Shown here: piece by piece, positions 1-9,699 of the stretch
Layout of the letters: each line of letters starts with the position of its first letter
How positions within the stretch are numbered: the first letter of the stretch is position 1
Program-made: the position numbers and the translations under genes
Notes under the pieces: generated by a model
What the model was told of the DNA's origin: nothing
What the model saw: the letters and a program-made list of their open reading frames with translations, nothing else
Database searches by the model: none
DNA from: Thermoprotei archaeon
Lineage (GTDB): Archaea; Thermoproteota; Thermoprotei; QMSL01
Reading direction: 5' to 3'
DNA length: 64,000 nt
Assembly: GCA_003650925.1 (NCBI GenBank)
Contig: QMSP01000003.1
Span: 19,446-83,445, forward strand

Positions 1-355
1 GTGTATATCCCACTGCTGAGAAGAGTACCGAGAAGCTCGTCTCTTTCTTGAATATCCACCTATTGAAGGAATAAGCTATGGCCACGGCAAGTGAGAAGGC
101 ACCTAGACAAAGCATCAAGTCAAAGAGGGTCATGGGGATAACAAAGCTTACTGTGAGAGTCCTTGAGACATAGTCCCATGATTTTCTAAGTATGGGCACA
201 AAACACGCCATTATCTTGGATACAGCTGCATAGTGTATCAATCCATAGAGGAGGGAGAGGACTATTATGTTGATGATGAGGCCATTCAAGTCAGGTGCAT
301 CACTGAGCTCCTCGAAGACCTCCCATGGATTTTTAAACATCAATAATAGTTTCAT
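1..355 (-). CDS. Hypothetical polytopic membrane protein, N-terminal part; the gene continues past the window start.
   Basis: The minus-strand reading frame is open from an ATG at 355-353 to position 1. It translates to MKLLLMFKNPWEVFEELSDAPDLNGLIINIIVLSLLYGLIHYAAVSKIM... with hydrophobic TM-like segments. It is absent from the ORF track because it is truncated. Confidence 0.3.
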   Translation of the reverse strand, partial: MKLLLMFKNPWEVFEELSDAPDLNGLIINIIVLSLLYGLIHYAAVSKIMACFVPILRKSWDYVSRTLTVSFVIPMTLFDLMLCLGAFSLAVAIAYSFNRWIFKKETSFSVLFSAVGYT

Positions 356-481
356 GTAGAAAGGCCTAGCGGGTCTTTCCTCTACGCTCTTGCTCAATAC
401 TCTCAACCCTCAGGTCAATAGTTAGAGCGGAACTTTTATATCAATTACCACTATCTAACTTAGTTAAGGTGAGCTAAGTGG

Positions 482-1636
482 GTGTCCATATTTGGAGTAA
501 GTGAGTCTAGTTCACTTGAGAAGAGAACTGACTACGAGCGGTTGATAAAAGAGTTTGGACTAAAGCCCTTAGATAAGAGCCTATTGGTCAAGTTACAACC
601 ACTGCACTACCTATTCGAGCTGGGCATGATATTCGCCCATAGGGGCTTCGATGACTATTTGAGGAGATATGAGATAGGGCAGAAAGTTAGCATAGTCTCA
701 GGAAGAGGCCCATCAAACTTCATGCATCTAGGCCATCTAGTAGTTTTTGAAGTAGTTAAATGGCTTCAAAGTAGGCTTAACGCTAGTGTCTACATACCAC
801 TTTCAGATGATGAAAAGTACGTATTCGGCAAGGTCAAGAGGCTTGAAGATGCTCACTTCTTCGCCTTAGACAATGCCCTAGACATACTCTCACTAGGCTT
901 CATCAAGGGCAAGACCTTCCTCTACATATCATCTAAGATGCCTGAAGTCTACGAGATATCAGTTAAACTCTCAAGATATCTTACCTACAACACCGTCAAG
1001 GCTACCTTTGGACTTGATGACTCTACCAATCCTGGGACCATATTCTATGCCTGTGTTCAGGCTGCTCACATACTAATGCCTACACTGCTTCATGGAGAGG
1101 TTGTTGTAGTGCCTATAGCTATAGATCAAGACCCATACATGAGGCTAACAAGGGATGTAGCAGAGAGAGTTGGAATTGCCAAGCCTGCAGCCATATACTC
1201 AAAGTATATAAAAGGGCTTACAGGAGAGCCCATGTCAGCCTCTAAGCCTGAGACCTGCATCTTTACCTCTGACGACCCCGAGACTGTGAGAAAAAAGGTC
1301 TGGATGGCATTTACAGGAGGAAGACCAACCTTAAAGGAACAGAAAGAGCTTGGAGGAGAGCCAGAGAAATGCGTAGTCTTTGAGTGGTTAAAGGTCTTCG
1401 TATTCAAGCACATCAAGGACATAGGACTTCACGAAGAGAAGTGCAGAAGTGGTGCTCTAGTATGTGGTGAATGCAAGAAAATGCTGAGTGATGCACTAGT
1501 TAAGCGCCTAGAGGAGATAAAGAGAAACAAGATGAGAATTCTGGATAACATTGACGACTATTTCCTTCATCCCATAGAGGAGGAGCTGATAGAAAATGTT
1601 AGGAGAAGGCTACATATCCAGGAGAGCCAAGCTTGA
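482..1636 (+). CDS. trpS: Tryptophanyl-tRNA synthetase, archaeal/eukaryal type class I aaRS.
   Basis: A HIGH-like motif (GPSNFMHLGHL) and a KMSAS-type motif (PMSASKP) typical of TrpRS rather than TyrRS. The 384-aa length fits archaeal TrpRS. Confidence 0.8.
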   Translation: MSIFGVSESSSLEKRTDYERLIKEFGLKPLDKSLLVKLQPLHYLFELGMIFAHRGFDDYLRRYEIGQKVSIVSGRGPSNFMHLGHLVVFEVVKWLQSRLNASVYIPLSDDEKYVFGKVKRLEDAHFFALDNALDILSLGFIKGKTFLYISSKMPEVYEISVKLSRYLTYNTVKATFGLDDSTNPGTIFYACVQAAHILMPTLLHGEVVVVPIAIDQDPYMRLTRDVAERVGIAKPAAIYSKYIKGLTGEPMSASKPETCIFTSDDPETVRKKVWMAFTGGRPTLKEQKELGGEPEKCVVFEWLKVFVFKHIKDIGLHEEKCRSGALVCGECKKMLSDALVKRLEEIKRNKMRILDNIDDYFLHPIEEELIENVRRRLHIQESQA

Positions 1637-2309
1637 GGATGTCTACACAGAAGGACCCGTAGTCATCCTAGGCCCCAGCCTGATAGGTCAGAAGACCATA
1701 TTAGGAATAGGTTGTATCATAGGATATCCAGTGCGAGCTAAGCTCCTAGGGCTTAGGGAGAAGGGCTTAAACCTAGAAGCTCTTGATGAGGCAAGTAAAG
1801 GCACCTCTATAGGCAGGAAGTGCATACTTCGAAGCTTTACTGTAGTGTACGAAGATGTGAAAATAGAAGATAATGTTGAAACTGGTCATCATGTTTTGAT
1901 AAGAGAGAAGAGCCTCATAGGAGCTGGAACCAGAATAGGATCTCACACGGTAGTGGATGGAAGAGTGATCATAGGGAGGAATGTTAGCATACAAACTGGA
2001 GTGTACCTACCTCCTTTGACGGTTATTGAGGATGAAGTATTCCTAGGGCCTTATGTTAGAGTAACAAATGACAAATATCCCCCCAGCTCAAGGATGAGAG
2101 GCGTAACTGTAAGAAGAGGAGCTGTCATAGGTTGCGGAGCTGTTCTCCTAGCAGGAATAGAAGTAGGTGAAAGAGCCGTAGTGGCTGCAGGGGCTGTTGT
2201 TACTAAGGATGTAGACCCAGAGATAGTAGTAGCTGGTGTGCCTGCAAGGCCCATCTCTACAAGGGAGGAATATGATGAGAAGAGGAGAGAATGGGAGGGG
2301 GGAGGCTAG
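1596..2309 (+). CDS. Hexapeptide-repeat (left-handed beta-helix) acyl/acetyltransferase.
   Basis: Repeated [LIV]-G-x-x-x-x hexapeptides (IGAGTRIGSHTVVDGRVIIGRNVSIQTGVYL, GAVIGCGAVLLAGIEVGERAVVAAGAVV). It overlaps the trpS 3' end, suggesting an operon. Confidence 0.6.
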   Translation: MLGEGYISRRAKLEDVYTEGPVVILGPSLIGQKTILGIGCIIGYPVRAKLLGLREKGLNLEALDEASKGTSIGRKCILRSFTVVYEDVKIEDNVETGHHVLIREKSLIGAGTRIGSHTVVDGRVIIGRNVSIQTGVYLPPLTVIEDEVFLGPYVRVTNDKYPPSSRMRGVTVRRGAVIGCGAVLLAGIEVGERAVVAAGAVVTKDVDPEIVVAGVPARPISTREEYDEKRREWEGGG

Positions 2310-2426
2310 AAAAGCATTAGTTTTATATGACCATTTCCATCTAGTGAACATGATGATGAGAAATCGCGGGCCTGAGAGATGATGAGCGCCTCTGATGCTG
2401 ATAAAGTCCAAGATCATGAGTTATGC

Positions 2427-3263
2427 CTATCTCATAGCTCCAGCCAAGAGCCCTCTTATGAAGTACCTACCCATGGCTATGAACAATATCAGAGGAGGTA
2501 TCGAGCCTATTACCGAGCCAGCCATCTGTAGATTCCATAGCGCGGTATAGCATCCCTTAAGCTCAGCAACCACTGGAGCTATCATCTTCACGTTAGTACC
2601 ACCTATGACAAGAGCTATGAGAAACTCATTCCACACACTCGTGAACACGAGGATTGCTGTTGAGAGCAGTGTTGCCTTAGAAGCTGGGAGAACTATGTAT
2701 AGGAAAGTGCTAAGGGGGTCACAGCCATCTATTATAGCTGCCTCCTCCAACTCCCTTGGAAAAGTGAGGAAGAAAGTCATGGATACCAGCGTAGCTAGAG
2801 GGAGATTAAGCATTATATATGCAAAGATGAGGCCATGATGAGTATCTATGAGCCTGAGGAGTGATTCAAAGGTCGTTAAAGGTATTAATATCATCTGATA
2901 TGGAAGGAAGGAGGCGAACATTATGATGAAGGTTAAGGGTATCGTAGCTCTAGATGGGAAGCGTGCAAGATAGTAGCCAGCACATGCTCCAATGAAGACA
3001 CAAGCTGAGGTGGATACTATGGAAATGAAGAGGCAGTCAAAGAGAGCCTTAGCCATCTTCCTCATTACCTCTCCATAGTTCTGAAGTCTTGGACTTGAGG
3101 GAGGATTGAGATATTGCATCTTTGAGATCTCAGCGGGAGTCTTCAATGAGGTTATGACCATAATGTACATGGGCACAATCCACAGGAATGCTAGGAACAG
3201 GAGGATAAAGTAGACGAGCATTCTCCTAATGGTGTATATGGTCAGTCTCATAGACCAAACCAC
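2427..3263 (-). CDS. ABC sugar transporter permease, MalG-like.
   Basis: Six-TM binding-protein-dependent permease with an EAA loop (EEAAIIDGCDPLSTF). It overlaps the upstream permease gene. Confidence 0.75.
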   Translation of the reverse strand: MVWSMRLTIYTIRRMLVYFILLFLAFLWIVPMYIMVITSLKTPAEISKMQYLNPPSSPRLQNYGEVMRKMAKALFDCLFISIVSTSACVFIGACAGYYLARFPSRATIPLTFIIMFASFLPYQMILIPLTTFESLLRLIDTHHGLIFAYIMLNLPLATLVSMTFFLTFPRELEEAAIIDGCDPLSTFLYIVLPASKATLLSTAILVFTSVWNEFLIALVIGGTNVKMIAPVVAELKGCYTALWNLQMAGSVIGSIPPLILFIAMGRYFIRGLLAGAMR

Positions 3264-4201
3264 CTCTTAATGGCATAATACACATATGGAACTATGATCA
3301 CTGCCGTTAGGGAGAATATAATTGTCGCAATAGCACAACCCTTTGCTAAGAGGTCCTGGGCAAAAGCTGCTACGTACATGTATACAGCCAACACCTCGGT
3401 AGCATAGCCTGGGCCTCCTCTAGTCATAACCCAGACTACATCAAACACCTTTAAACTGAATATTGCCAAAAGGCACGTCACTATTAGAAAGGCATGCTTC
3501 ATGTTGGGAAGAATTATGTGCTTAAGTAGCTGAAGTGCACCAGCTCCATCTATCATAGCCGCCTCTATCAGCTGCCTGAGCAGGCTCTCTCTAAAAGCAG
3601 CTAGGAAGAGGAGCATGGCAAAGCCAGTGTACTGCCACATGGCTGCCATCACTATGCAGAATATAGCTCTATCAGGATCATCAAGCAGCAGAGGTAGACT
3701 ATTCTTTGTGATGCCCATCACCTGTAATACCTCTCTGAGGACTGGAACCTCAAGCAGATAGTTGGCGAGAACGAAGTTGAATACTCCTCTCCTTGGGTCA
3801 AAGATCCATGACCAGAGAACCCCTGTGACCACGAAGGAGAGAGCTGTGGGATAGAGAAAGAGTGGCCTAAGATAGGGCTCCAGCTTCTCTGCTGAGATCT
3901 CCATTAGAAAGGCTAAGAAAAATCCCAGTAGAGTTGAAGGTATTACGAAGAATACCAGCCACAGGATGTTGTTGTAGACGTTTCTCCAAAACCTCTCCTC
4001 AGCAGAAAGTTCTAGATACCTATCAAGACCTGCAAAATGAGCTTCCTTACTTCCAAAGGTCCAGTCAGTAAATGACATAGCTATAGTCCAGATGGTCATG
4101 AAATAGAGTATGAGAATGAAGAAGAGGGCAGGAGCGAGAAAAATAAAGGAGTATTTATACTTCCCAAGCCTCATGGCTTTTCTCACTCCTTCCAGAACCA
4201 C
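3248..4201 (-). CDS. ABC sugar transporter permease, MalF-like.
   Basis: Polytopic permease with an EAA motif (IEAAMIDGAGALQ). It overlaps the solute-binding protein gene. Confidence 0.75.
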   Translation of the reverse strand: MVLEGVRKAMRLGKYKYSFIFLAPALFFILILYFMTIWTIAMSFTDWTFGSKEAHFAGLDRYLELSAEERFWRNVYNNILWLVFFVIPSTLLGFFLAFLMEISAEKLEPYLRPLFLYPTALSFVVTGVLWSWIFDPRRGVFNFVLANYLLEVPVLREVLQVMGITKNSLPLLLDDPDRAIFCIVMAAMWQYTGFAMLLFLAAFRESLLRQLIEAAMIDGAGALQLLKHIILPNMKHAFLIVTCLLAIFSLKVFDVVWVMTRGGPGYATEVLAVYMYVAAFAQDLLAKGCAIATIIFSLTAVIIVPYVYYAIKRWFGL

Positions 4202-5526
4202 TCACTGAACTCCCTAACCTTATGCTTTTCCATAAGGGCTACTATATCTGACACTGCCTTACTGACGTCCTTATGGTCAAAGAAGCTTATTATAGCCTTG
4301 CAGAAGTCCTCAAGGAATGCTGGAGGAGCTAGCATGAAGGTGCCATGTGGTATTACAAGCTCTGGATGTTCCTTCAGGAATCTTATGTTCTCCCTTCTTA
4401 TGCTGTCTGGATACTCTGCAGGAGCATCGTCCCTAGCTGCTATGCTTCCCTTCTTGATAGCAAATTCGTAGGCTATCTGTGGCTCGCTTATGAGCTTTAG
4501 CCATAGCTTAGCCACATCTGGATGAGGACAGCCCTCAGGCATTACAAAGGCGTCTACGCCTATTAGGTACACCTCGTAGTCTCCTCCAGGAAGTGGAACT
4601 GCATGGAAGTCGACGTCACACTTTAGCCCTCTTGCTAAGAAGTAGCCTAGAGCCCAGTCTCCATACATACCCATGGCGGCCTTGCCCTCAGCTATAAGGG
4701 CACAGGTCTCATCCCATGTCCATGCATTGCTGGGAACTAGGTAGCCATTCTCTATCAGGACCTTTACAAATTCAAGAGCCTTTCTTAGAGGTTCAGCCTC
4801 CTCGGGCTTTGTTAGGTCAACTCTTCCAGTGAAGAAGTTGAGGTAGTACTCAGTTCTCTCATCCATGGTCTTTCCGCCATAGTAGTATATGAGTGGGTCG
4901 AAGAAGAAGGCTACATGCCAGTAGTCCTTAGTTGACATGACTATTGGATATACATTGGGCTTCTTCTCCTTTATTATTCTACAGACCTCCAGTAGCTCCT
5001 CAGGAGTAGTAGGAGGCTTTACTCCCAGCTCATCAAATATATGCTTGTTGTAGAAGAGAAGATTCTCTCTGTGTACATTATTGGCAGGAACTCCGTAGTA
5101 GTGGCCGTAGAAGTAGCACATTTTAGCTAATAGCTTGGGAACGTGTTCTATGAGATCAGTCTCCTCCCATACATCATCCACAGGTGCTAGGTAGCCAGCG
5201 TCAACATACCTTTTCAGGTTAGCTCCAGCCAGGTCTAGGAATATGTCAGGAGGATTACCTGCCTCAAGCCTGCTCATTACAACGACCCTTATATCTCTAG
5301 CAGCACCACCAGGTACTTCGTTCTCTCTTACAACTATGTCAGGATACCTCTCCTTGAAGTACTTGAAGTATACGTCTATGGCCTCTCGCTCACCACCAGC
5401 TGTGTAGTAGTGGTATATTATCAGTTCAGGCTTAGGAGCGAAATACTGTTGATAAGCATAGTACCCTCCTACTGCCAATACTATTATCGCTATGACGATA
5501 ACCCCAAGCAGCTTCTTGGAGAACAT
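4183..5526 (-). CDS. ABC transporter extracellular solute-binding protein (family 1, sugar-type) with an N-terminal membrane anchor.
   Basis: N-terminal TM/signal segment (LLGVIVIAIIVLAVGGYYAY), a 447-aa periplasmic-binding-protein-like sequence, and position first in the operon with two permeases. No ATPase is in the cluster, which is common in archaea. Confidence 0.65.
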   Translation of the reverse strand: MFSKKLLGVIVIAIIVLAVGGYYAYQQYFAPKPELIIYHYYTAGGEREAIDVYFKYFKERYPDIVVRENEVPGGAARDIRVVVMSRLEAGNPPDIFLDLAGANLKRYVDAGYLAPVDDVWEETDLIEHVPKLLAKMCYFYGHYYGVPANNVHRENLLFYNKHIFDELGVKPPTTPEELLEVCRIIKEKKPNVYPIVMSTKDYWHVAFFFDPLIYYYGGKTMDERTEYYLNFFTGRVDLTKPEEAEPLRKALEFVKVLIENGYLVPSNAWTWDETCALIAEGKAAMGMYGDWALGYFLARGLKCDVDFHAVPLPGGDYEVYLIGVDAFVMPEGCPHPDVAKLWLKLISEPQIAYEFAIKKGSIAARDDAPAEYPDSIRRENIRFLKEHPELVIPHGTFMLAPPAFLEDFCKAIISFFDHKDVSKAVSDIVALMEKHKVREFSEWFWKE

Positions 5527-5876
5527 GTAATCACCTAATAATATCTTTCGTATACAGGTTTTTAAGCCTAAGGGGGATCAAAACGCGATCGCGCCAAGTC
5601 TTATATCTACTACTGATGGTAGTATGTTGAGCAGCTCTCCATGAAGACGTTCACGTTCTCGCTATGTACAGATAGCTGTTCATAGTTGTGAGTGATAGAT
5701 AAAGTGTTCATACTATACTTCTCTGAGTAGACTTTTTGAGATGAATGAGCAGTTACTAGCTGGAGAATTTACTCTTTTTAGTCTATTTCGTGAGTAATGC
5801 TTATTATATACTGGCGAATAGTCGGATATAGGTTACCTCAATAGCGAGTCCTTTATAGGCTAATACGCTACAATTC

Positions 5877-6233
5877 ATGAATAAAAAGGTTAAAATAGGG
5901 TTTTTCATTTCCTACTATGTGGGGATAAGCATGAGTGGAGTTAGTGCAATCCGAGTTGTTGTCAGGAAAGGCAATCTAGACATAGGCCAGCATTTCAGTC
6001 TACCAAGCTGGGTAAGGAAGATGTTGGGATGGAGAACGGATGAGTTATTGATTTTCAGAACTACCAGTGAAGGCAATATACTAGTGGAGAGAGCACCGGG
6101 AAGAACTTCAAGAATGACAAAGAGCCGAATTCACATACCAGCAGAGATCGCCAGGAGTTTAAATCTAAGAGACGGCGATGTTCTAGAATTGGAAATTCAG
6201 GGAGATAGACTACTTATCAAGAGAGCTAAGTGA
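5877..6233 (+). CDS. AbrB/SpoVT (swapped-hairpin) domain DNA-binding protein, two tandem domains.
   Basis: Two segments resemble the AbrB/MazE swapped-hairpin fold (…IRVVVRKGNLDIGQHFSLPSWVRKMLGW… and …RIHIPAEIARSLNLRDGDVLELEIQGDRLLI…). The true start may be the internal Met (MSGVSAIRVV). Confidence 0.5.
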   Translation: MNKKVKIGFFISYYVGISMSGVSAIRVVVRKGNLDIGQHFSLPSWVRKMLGWRTDELLIFRTTSEGNILVERAPGRTSRMTKSRIHIPAEIARSLNLRDGDVLELEIQGDRLLIKRAK

Positions 6234-6242
6234 TGCAGAAAA

Positions 6243-6275
6243 ATAATTTTTTCTTAACTTCAAATTTGAACTTTA
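6243..6275. terminator. Convergent-gene terminator region with a 12-bp perfect palindrome TTCAAATTTGAA and a T-tract.
   Basis: Located between the stop of the AbrB-like gene (+) and the stop of the V4R gene (-). AATTTTTTC plus TTCAAATTTGAA were seen directly. Oligo-T tracts act as archaeal terminators. Confidence 0.35.
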
Positions 6276-6329
6276 ATCATATTTAGTGAATTAATGTATT
6301 AATGTCCTTCTATGTAAGTTATACAGTGG

Positions 6330-6827
6330 TCAAGTAGACGATCTAGTCAAGGCTTCTATAATCGTTTTGCTTCCTCTTGGAGTGAAATAGGAGTCCGCTA
6401 ATTTGACTCTAAGCCCAGTATACTTCTCAAATATAGCCATAGCTATAACAGCACAGGGACATGTAACATCTCTCGGCTCAAGAAAGGGATGTACATGCTG
6501 CGCAAATACACAGTCATCGACAATAAGCTCTATACGATATCTACTTAATTTCCTAACATAAACTCTCTTAGCTACACCAGTTGACAGTAATAATGAGGTA
6601 AGATTAGCCAAAGCATCATCTAGATCTTTGCCCTTTAAGAGACCTAATCTTCGCTTTTCATCTATCTGACGTATAAGGTCAAGCGTAGGATGTATGAAAA
6701 TGCTGGCTCCTGTTCCTAACATCCGTCTTACAGCTCTTTGATAGGCAAACAGTATAGCGTGAACAAAGAGCACTACATCATATATATCACTTGACCCCTT
6801 CTGAACTTGACTCATTATGATCACCAA
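6330..6827 (-). CDS. V4R (4-vinyl reductase-like) domain protein.
   Basis: About 165 aa with a C-terminal Cys pair region (DVTCPCAVIAMAIFEKYTG) characteristic of V4R small-molecule-binding domains. Confidence 0.45.
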   Translation of the reverse strand: MVIIMSQVQKGSSDIYDVVLFVHAILFAYQRAVRRMLGTGASIFIHPTLDLIRQIDEKRRLGLLKGKDLDDALANLTSLLLSTGVAKRVYVRKLSRYRIELIVDDCVFAQHVHPFLEPRDVTCPCAVIAMAIFEKYTGLRVKLADSYFTPRGSKTIIEALTRSST

Positions 6828-6889
6828 TATAGTACTATGCTCCTTAAGTAATGAATTTTTATATCTCTGTACTTAATTGCTATCATTTA

Positions 6890-8671
6890 CTATAGGACAT
6901 CAAGAGGTTCTATTTTAAGCATCTTTATAAATAAATCTGTGTATTCACTTTCAAGGTGTAGATTTAGGTGCCTTACTCTCTTAATGAGCGCCTTCATAAG
7001 CTCTCTAGCTTTACTTGATAATAGGAAAAGCTCACAGCCCATGAGAGAGCCATTGCCAATGAAGGTTACCTTACTTGGATCAACCCTGGGTATAAGGCCT
7101 ATATCTATGGCATTTTCAGGGTCCATGTAAGTACCAAAAGCTCCTGCAACATACAATACTTCAAGGTCCTCCGCGCTGACCTTAGCCTTCCTCATCAATA
7201 GCTCACAAGCAGCTCTAATAGCCGCTTTTGCAAGCTGAAGCTTCCTTATATCACTTTGCCTAAGCAAAATATCATGACCAGTTCCGCTCACGCTCCCTCG
7301 AATCACTACGAAGCACTTTTCTCCATCAATAAACTCTACGCCTGGTAGCTCGCTCTTAATAACACCTCTGGAGTCAATGATCCCTAGTCTTCTAAGTGAA
7401 GCCAGGAGGTCTATAAGAGCTGACCCGCACAAGCCTCTAGGAGGTATGTTCCCTATGGTAAAGTACCTTAACTGCCCTTCTTCAATCCATAATCTCTCTA
7501 TAGCTCCTTCTTCAGCTCTCATGCCACAGCTTATACCTACACCTTCAAATGCAGGACCTGCAGCACATGAGGTTACATAAAGCTTCTCTCCCTTCTTAAG
7601 CACAAGCTCACCATTAGTACCAAGGTCTATGAGTAGAGCGCATTTCCTCTCCATAATGCCCGAAGCTATGATATCTGCTGCTACATCTCCTCCCACATAT
7701 CCTCCTAGAATGGGCATTAAGTATGAGTAGGCCTCTTCATGCGCGATTATACCCAGCCTCCTGGCCTTGACTACATAGGGACCTATGATGGGCGAGTTAA
7801 AGGGAGCTACTCCTAAGCTTGTAGGCGAGACTCCTAACATTATAAGAGACATCACAGTATTTCCTGCCATAGCTACTGCCTTTATATCCCTGGGAGCTAA
7901 ATTCTTGATCTCAAGAAGAGAGCGTATAAGGTTATTAACAGTATCAACAAGCAAAGCTCTTAGCTCAATAAGTCCTCTATCTCCTTTTCTCATAATGTAC
8001 TCTATCCTGGATATGACATCTTCGCCCACTCTTAATTGCTTATTGTAGGCAGACAACACAGCCTCTCTTGTACCCTTCCTGATGTCTAGCAGAGAAGCCA
8101 CTACCGTAGTAGTGCCCAGGTCTACTGATATAGCGTATATCGCACCCTTATCCTCCTCAACATCTATGGCCTCTCTGGCCTCCAAGTCCATTACCATGTC
8201 CACCTCTCTGCAGTTCTCCCTAAGGAGCGATATCTTTCGCAGAGAGGAAAGGGATACTGTTGCATTCTTTAGGTCAGCATTGAGCTGACCAAGATCATGA
8301 AGCATTAGAGAGGCTGAGGAGATTTTGACTCTTACATGCCTTATTATAGGGTCTAGAGGCATGTCTACTCTAAAGCCCCACTCCAAGATCTTGGCCCTCA
8401 GGGGAAGGATCTCAATGACTGCATCATCGAGTACTCTTGTTTGGCATGCAAGTCTCCAGCCCATAGAAAGAAGTCCACCAAGTCTCTTCCTCTCTATGGG
8501 TGTGACCTCGCTTAAGGTGCCCTGAACTACTTTTACAAGACACTTACCGCAGAGACCCTTTCCACCACAGGGAGCAGGTAAGGGTATGCCATGTCTATGT
8601 AGTGAATCAAGAAGTCTCTCTCCCCTACGAACTCTCAAGACTAGTCCTTTAGGAAGAATCTTCAATTTCAC
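6890..8671 (-). CDS. 2Fe-2S ferredoxin fused to an ASKHA-fold ATPase (RACo-like, COG3894 family).
   Basis: N-terminal plant-type ferredoxin cysteine pattern (PCGGKGLCGKC…ACQ). ASKHA phosphate motifs DLGTTTV and IDLGTNGELVL. The 593-aa length matches reductive activators of corrinoid proteins. Confidence 0.65.
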   Translation of the reverse strand: MKLKILPKGLVLRVRRGERLLDSLHRHGIPLPAPCGGKGLCGKCLVKVVQGTLSEVTPIERKRLGGLLSMGWRLACQTRVLDDAVIEILPLRAKILEWGFRVDMPLDPIIRHVRVKISSASLMLHDLGQLNADLKNATVSLSSLRKISLLRENCREVDMVMDLEAREAIDVEEDKGAIYAISVDLGTTTVVASLLDIRKGTREAVLSAYNKQLRVGEDVISRIEYIMRKGDRGLIELRALLVDTVNNLIRSLLEIKNLAPRDIKAVAMAGNTVMSLIMLGVSPTSLGVAPFNSPIIGPYVVKARRLGIIAHEEAYSYLMPILGGYVGGDVAADIIASGIMERKCALLIDLGTNGELVLKKGEKLYVTSCAAGPAFEGVGISCGMRAEEGAIERLWIEEGQLRYFTIGNIPPRGLCGSALIDLLASLRRLGIIDSRGVIKSELPGVEFIDGEKCFVVIRGSVSGTGHDILLRQSDIRKLQLAKAAIRAACELLMRKAKVSAEDLEVLYVAGAFGTYMDPENAIDIGLIPRVDPSKVTFIGNGSLMGCELFLLSSKARELMKALIKRVRHLNLHLESEYTDLFIKMLKIEPLDVL

Positions 8672-9614
8672 ATCTCCTGAGCCTATAGGCCTCCCCCTCC
8701 TGAACTATAAGACCTTCATTCATCAGATCGCATAAGGTATTTTGTAACTCCTCAGGATTGATATCAAACATGATCAATAGCTCATCTTCAGTCGAAGGCC
8801 TTCTAGCCAATATGCTCAGGAGAGCCGTCCTCATGTCATGGATCTGCAAGGATATCCTGCCCCTACTCCTTGGCCTGTCGAAGTCCAGCCTCTTCCAGCC
8901 CAAGATGTCAGCCATTATCCTGTAGATCTCCATTATTTCGCCTCTCGTAAGAGGCTTCCATCCATTGGGTAGGCGCCAAATAGGTGTTGTCAATTTCACT
9001 CTAGAAGGAGCTATGCTGGATACCGTCTCGATGAGCCTTCTGAGCTCCCACGAGCTAGTATTAGAGATGCCCAGAGACCTGAGTAGTGTTACCTCTAGGC
9101 ATAACTCTTCAACTACATCTCTCAACCTTTTGATGAAATTCACTAAGGAGCTGTAGCTTACCTCTACTTGAGGTCTATTTATGGCGTTGAATACTTTTTG
9201 ACTGCCTGCATCAAGCCTAAACACGACTTCGTCTAGCTCTTCAAGGAAGTGAAGCTTATTCAAACTCTTCCTCATTAGGCCTATGCCGTTCGTTAGCAGA
9301 GATATCGACACTCTATCTCCAAGCCTCTTTCTTATATCATGTAGAAATTCTCCTAGAAATGGACATAAAGTCTGCTCACCTGCCCCACGAATAATGATCC
9401 AGCTAATGATCCTCCTCTCCAGCAGGCCACTGAACAATTCTAGCTCTCTCATCACGTCCCTCAGCGATTTCACATGATGGCTACATGATACGTCTGAGTA
9501 AGGACAGTATACACAATCCATGTCACATCTACGAGGAGGGCCTACTAGATCCACCCCTACGGCAAATCCATCCCTATGAGGTACTGGGCCATATACTGAG
9601 GGCAACATCCTCAC
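8649..9614 (-). CDS. Radical SAM enzyme with a C-terminal winged-helix-like segment.
   Basis: CxxxCxxC motif near the N-terminus (CDMDCVYCPY). It overlaps the RACo-like gene by 23 bp, suggesting co-transcription. Confidence 0.7.
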   Translation of the reverse strand: MRMLPSVYGPVPHRDGFAVGVDLVGPPRRCDMDCVYCPYSDVSCSHHVKSLRDVMRELELFSGLLERRIISWIIIRGAGEQTLCPFLGEFLHDIRKRLGDRVSISLLTNGIGLMRKSLNKLHFLEELDEVVFRLDAGSQKVFNAINRPQVEVSYSSLVNFIKRLRDVVEELCLEVTLLRSLGISNTSSWELRRLIETVSSIAPSRVKLTTPIWRLPNGWKPLTRGEIMEIYRIMADILGWKRLDFDRPRSRGRISLQIHDMRTALLSILARRPSTEDELLIMFDINPEELQNTLCDLMNEGLIVQEGEAYRLRRCEIEDSS

Positions 9615-9699
9615 TAGACCTCATGTGCTCTATAGTGAAGCTGTGTAGTCTTATTTCACAAGCCCTCTTAATTCTAACTCAGAGGTTATAGAGCGTTCT

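Noticed and set aside
1126-2417. Antisense or overlapping short ORFs from the track (for example 1126..1422, 1773..1994, 2051..2254, 2148..2417).
   Set aside because: They are fully embedded in well-supported genes (trpS, the hexapeptide transferase) on the opposite strand or in an alternate frame, and have low-complexity composition. The same reasoning was applied to the many similar 60-120 aa shadow ORFs across the window.
2427-5526. The ABC uptake operon lacks an ATPase gene, which could be seen as an anomaly.
   Set aside because: Archaeal sugar ABC operons commonly use a MalK-type ATPase encoded elsewhere, so this is not unusual.
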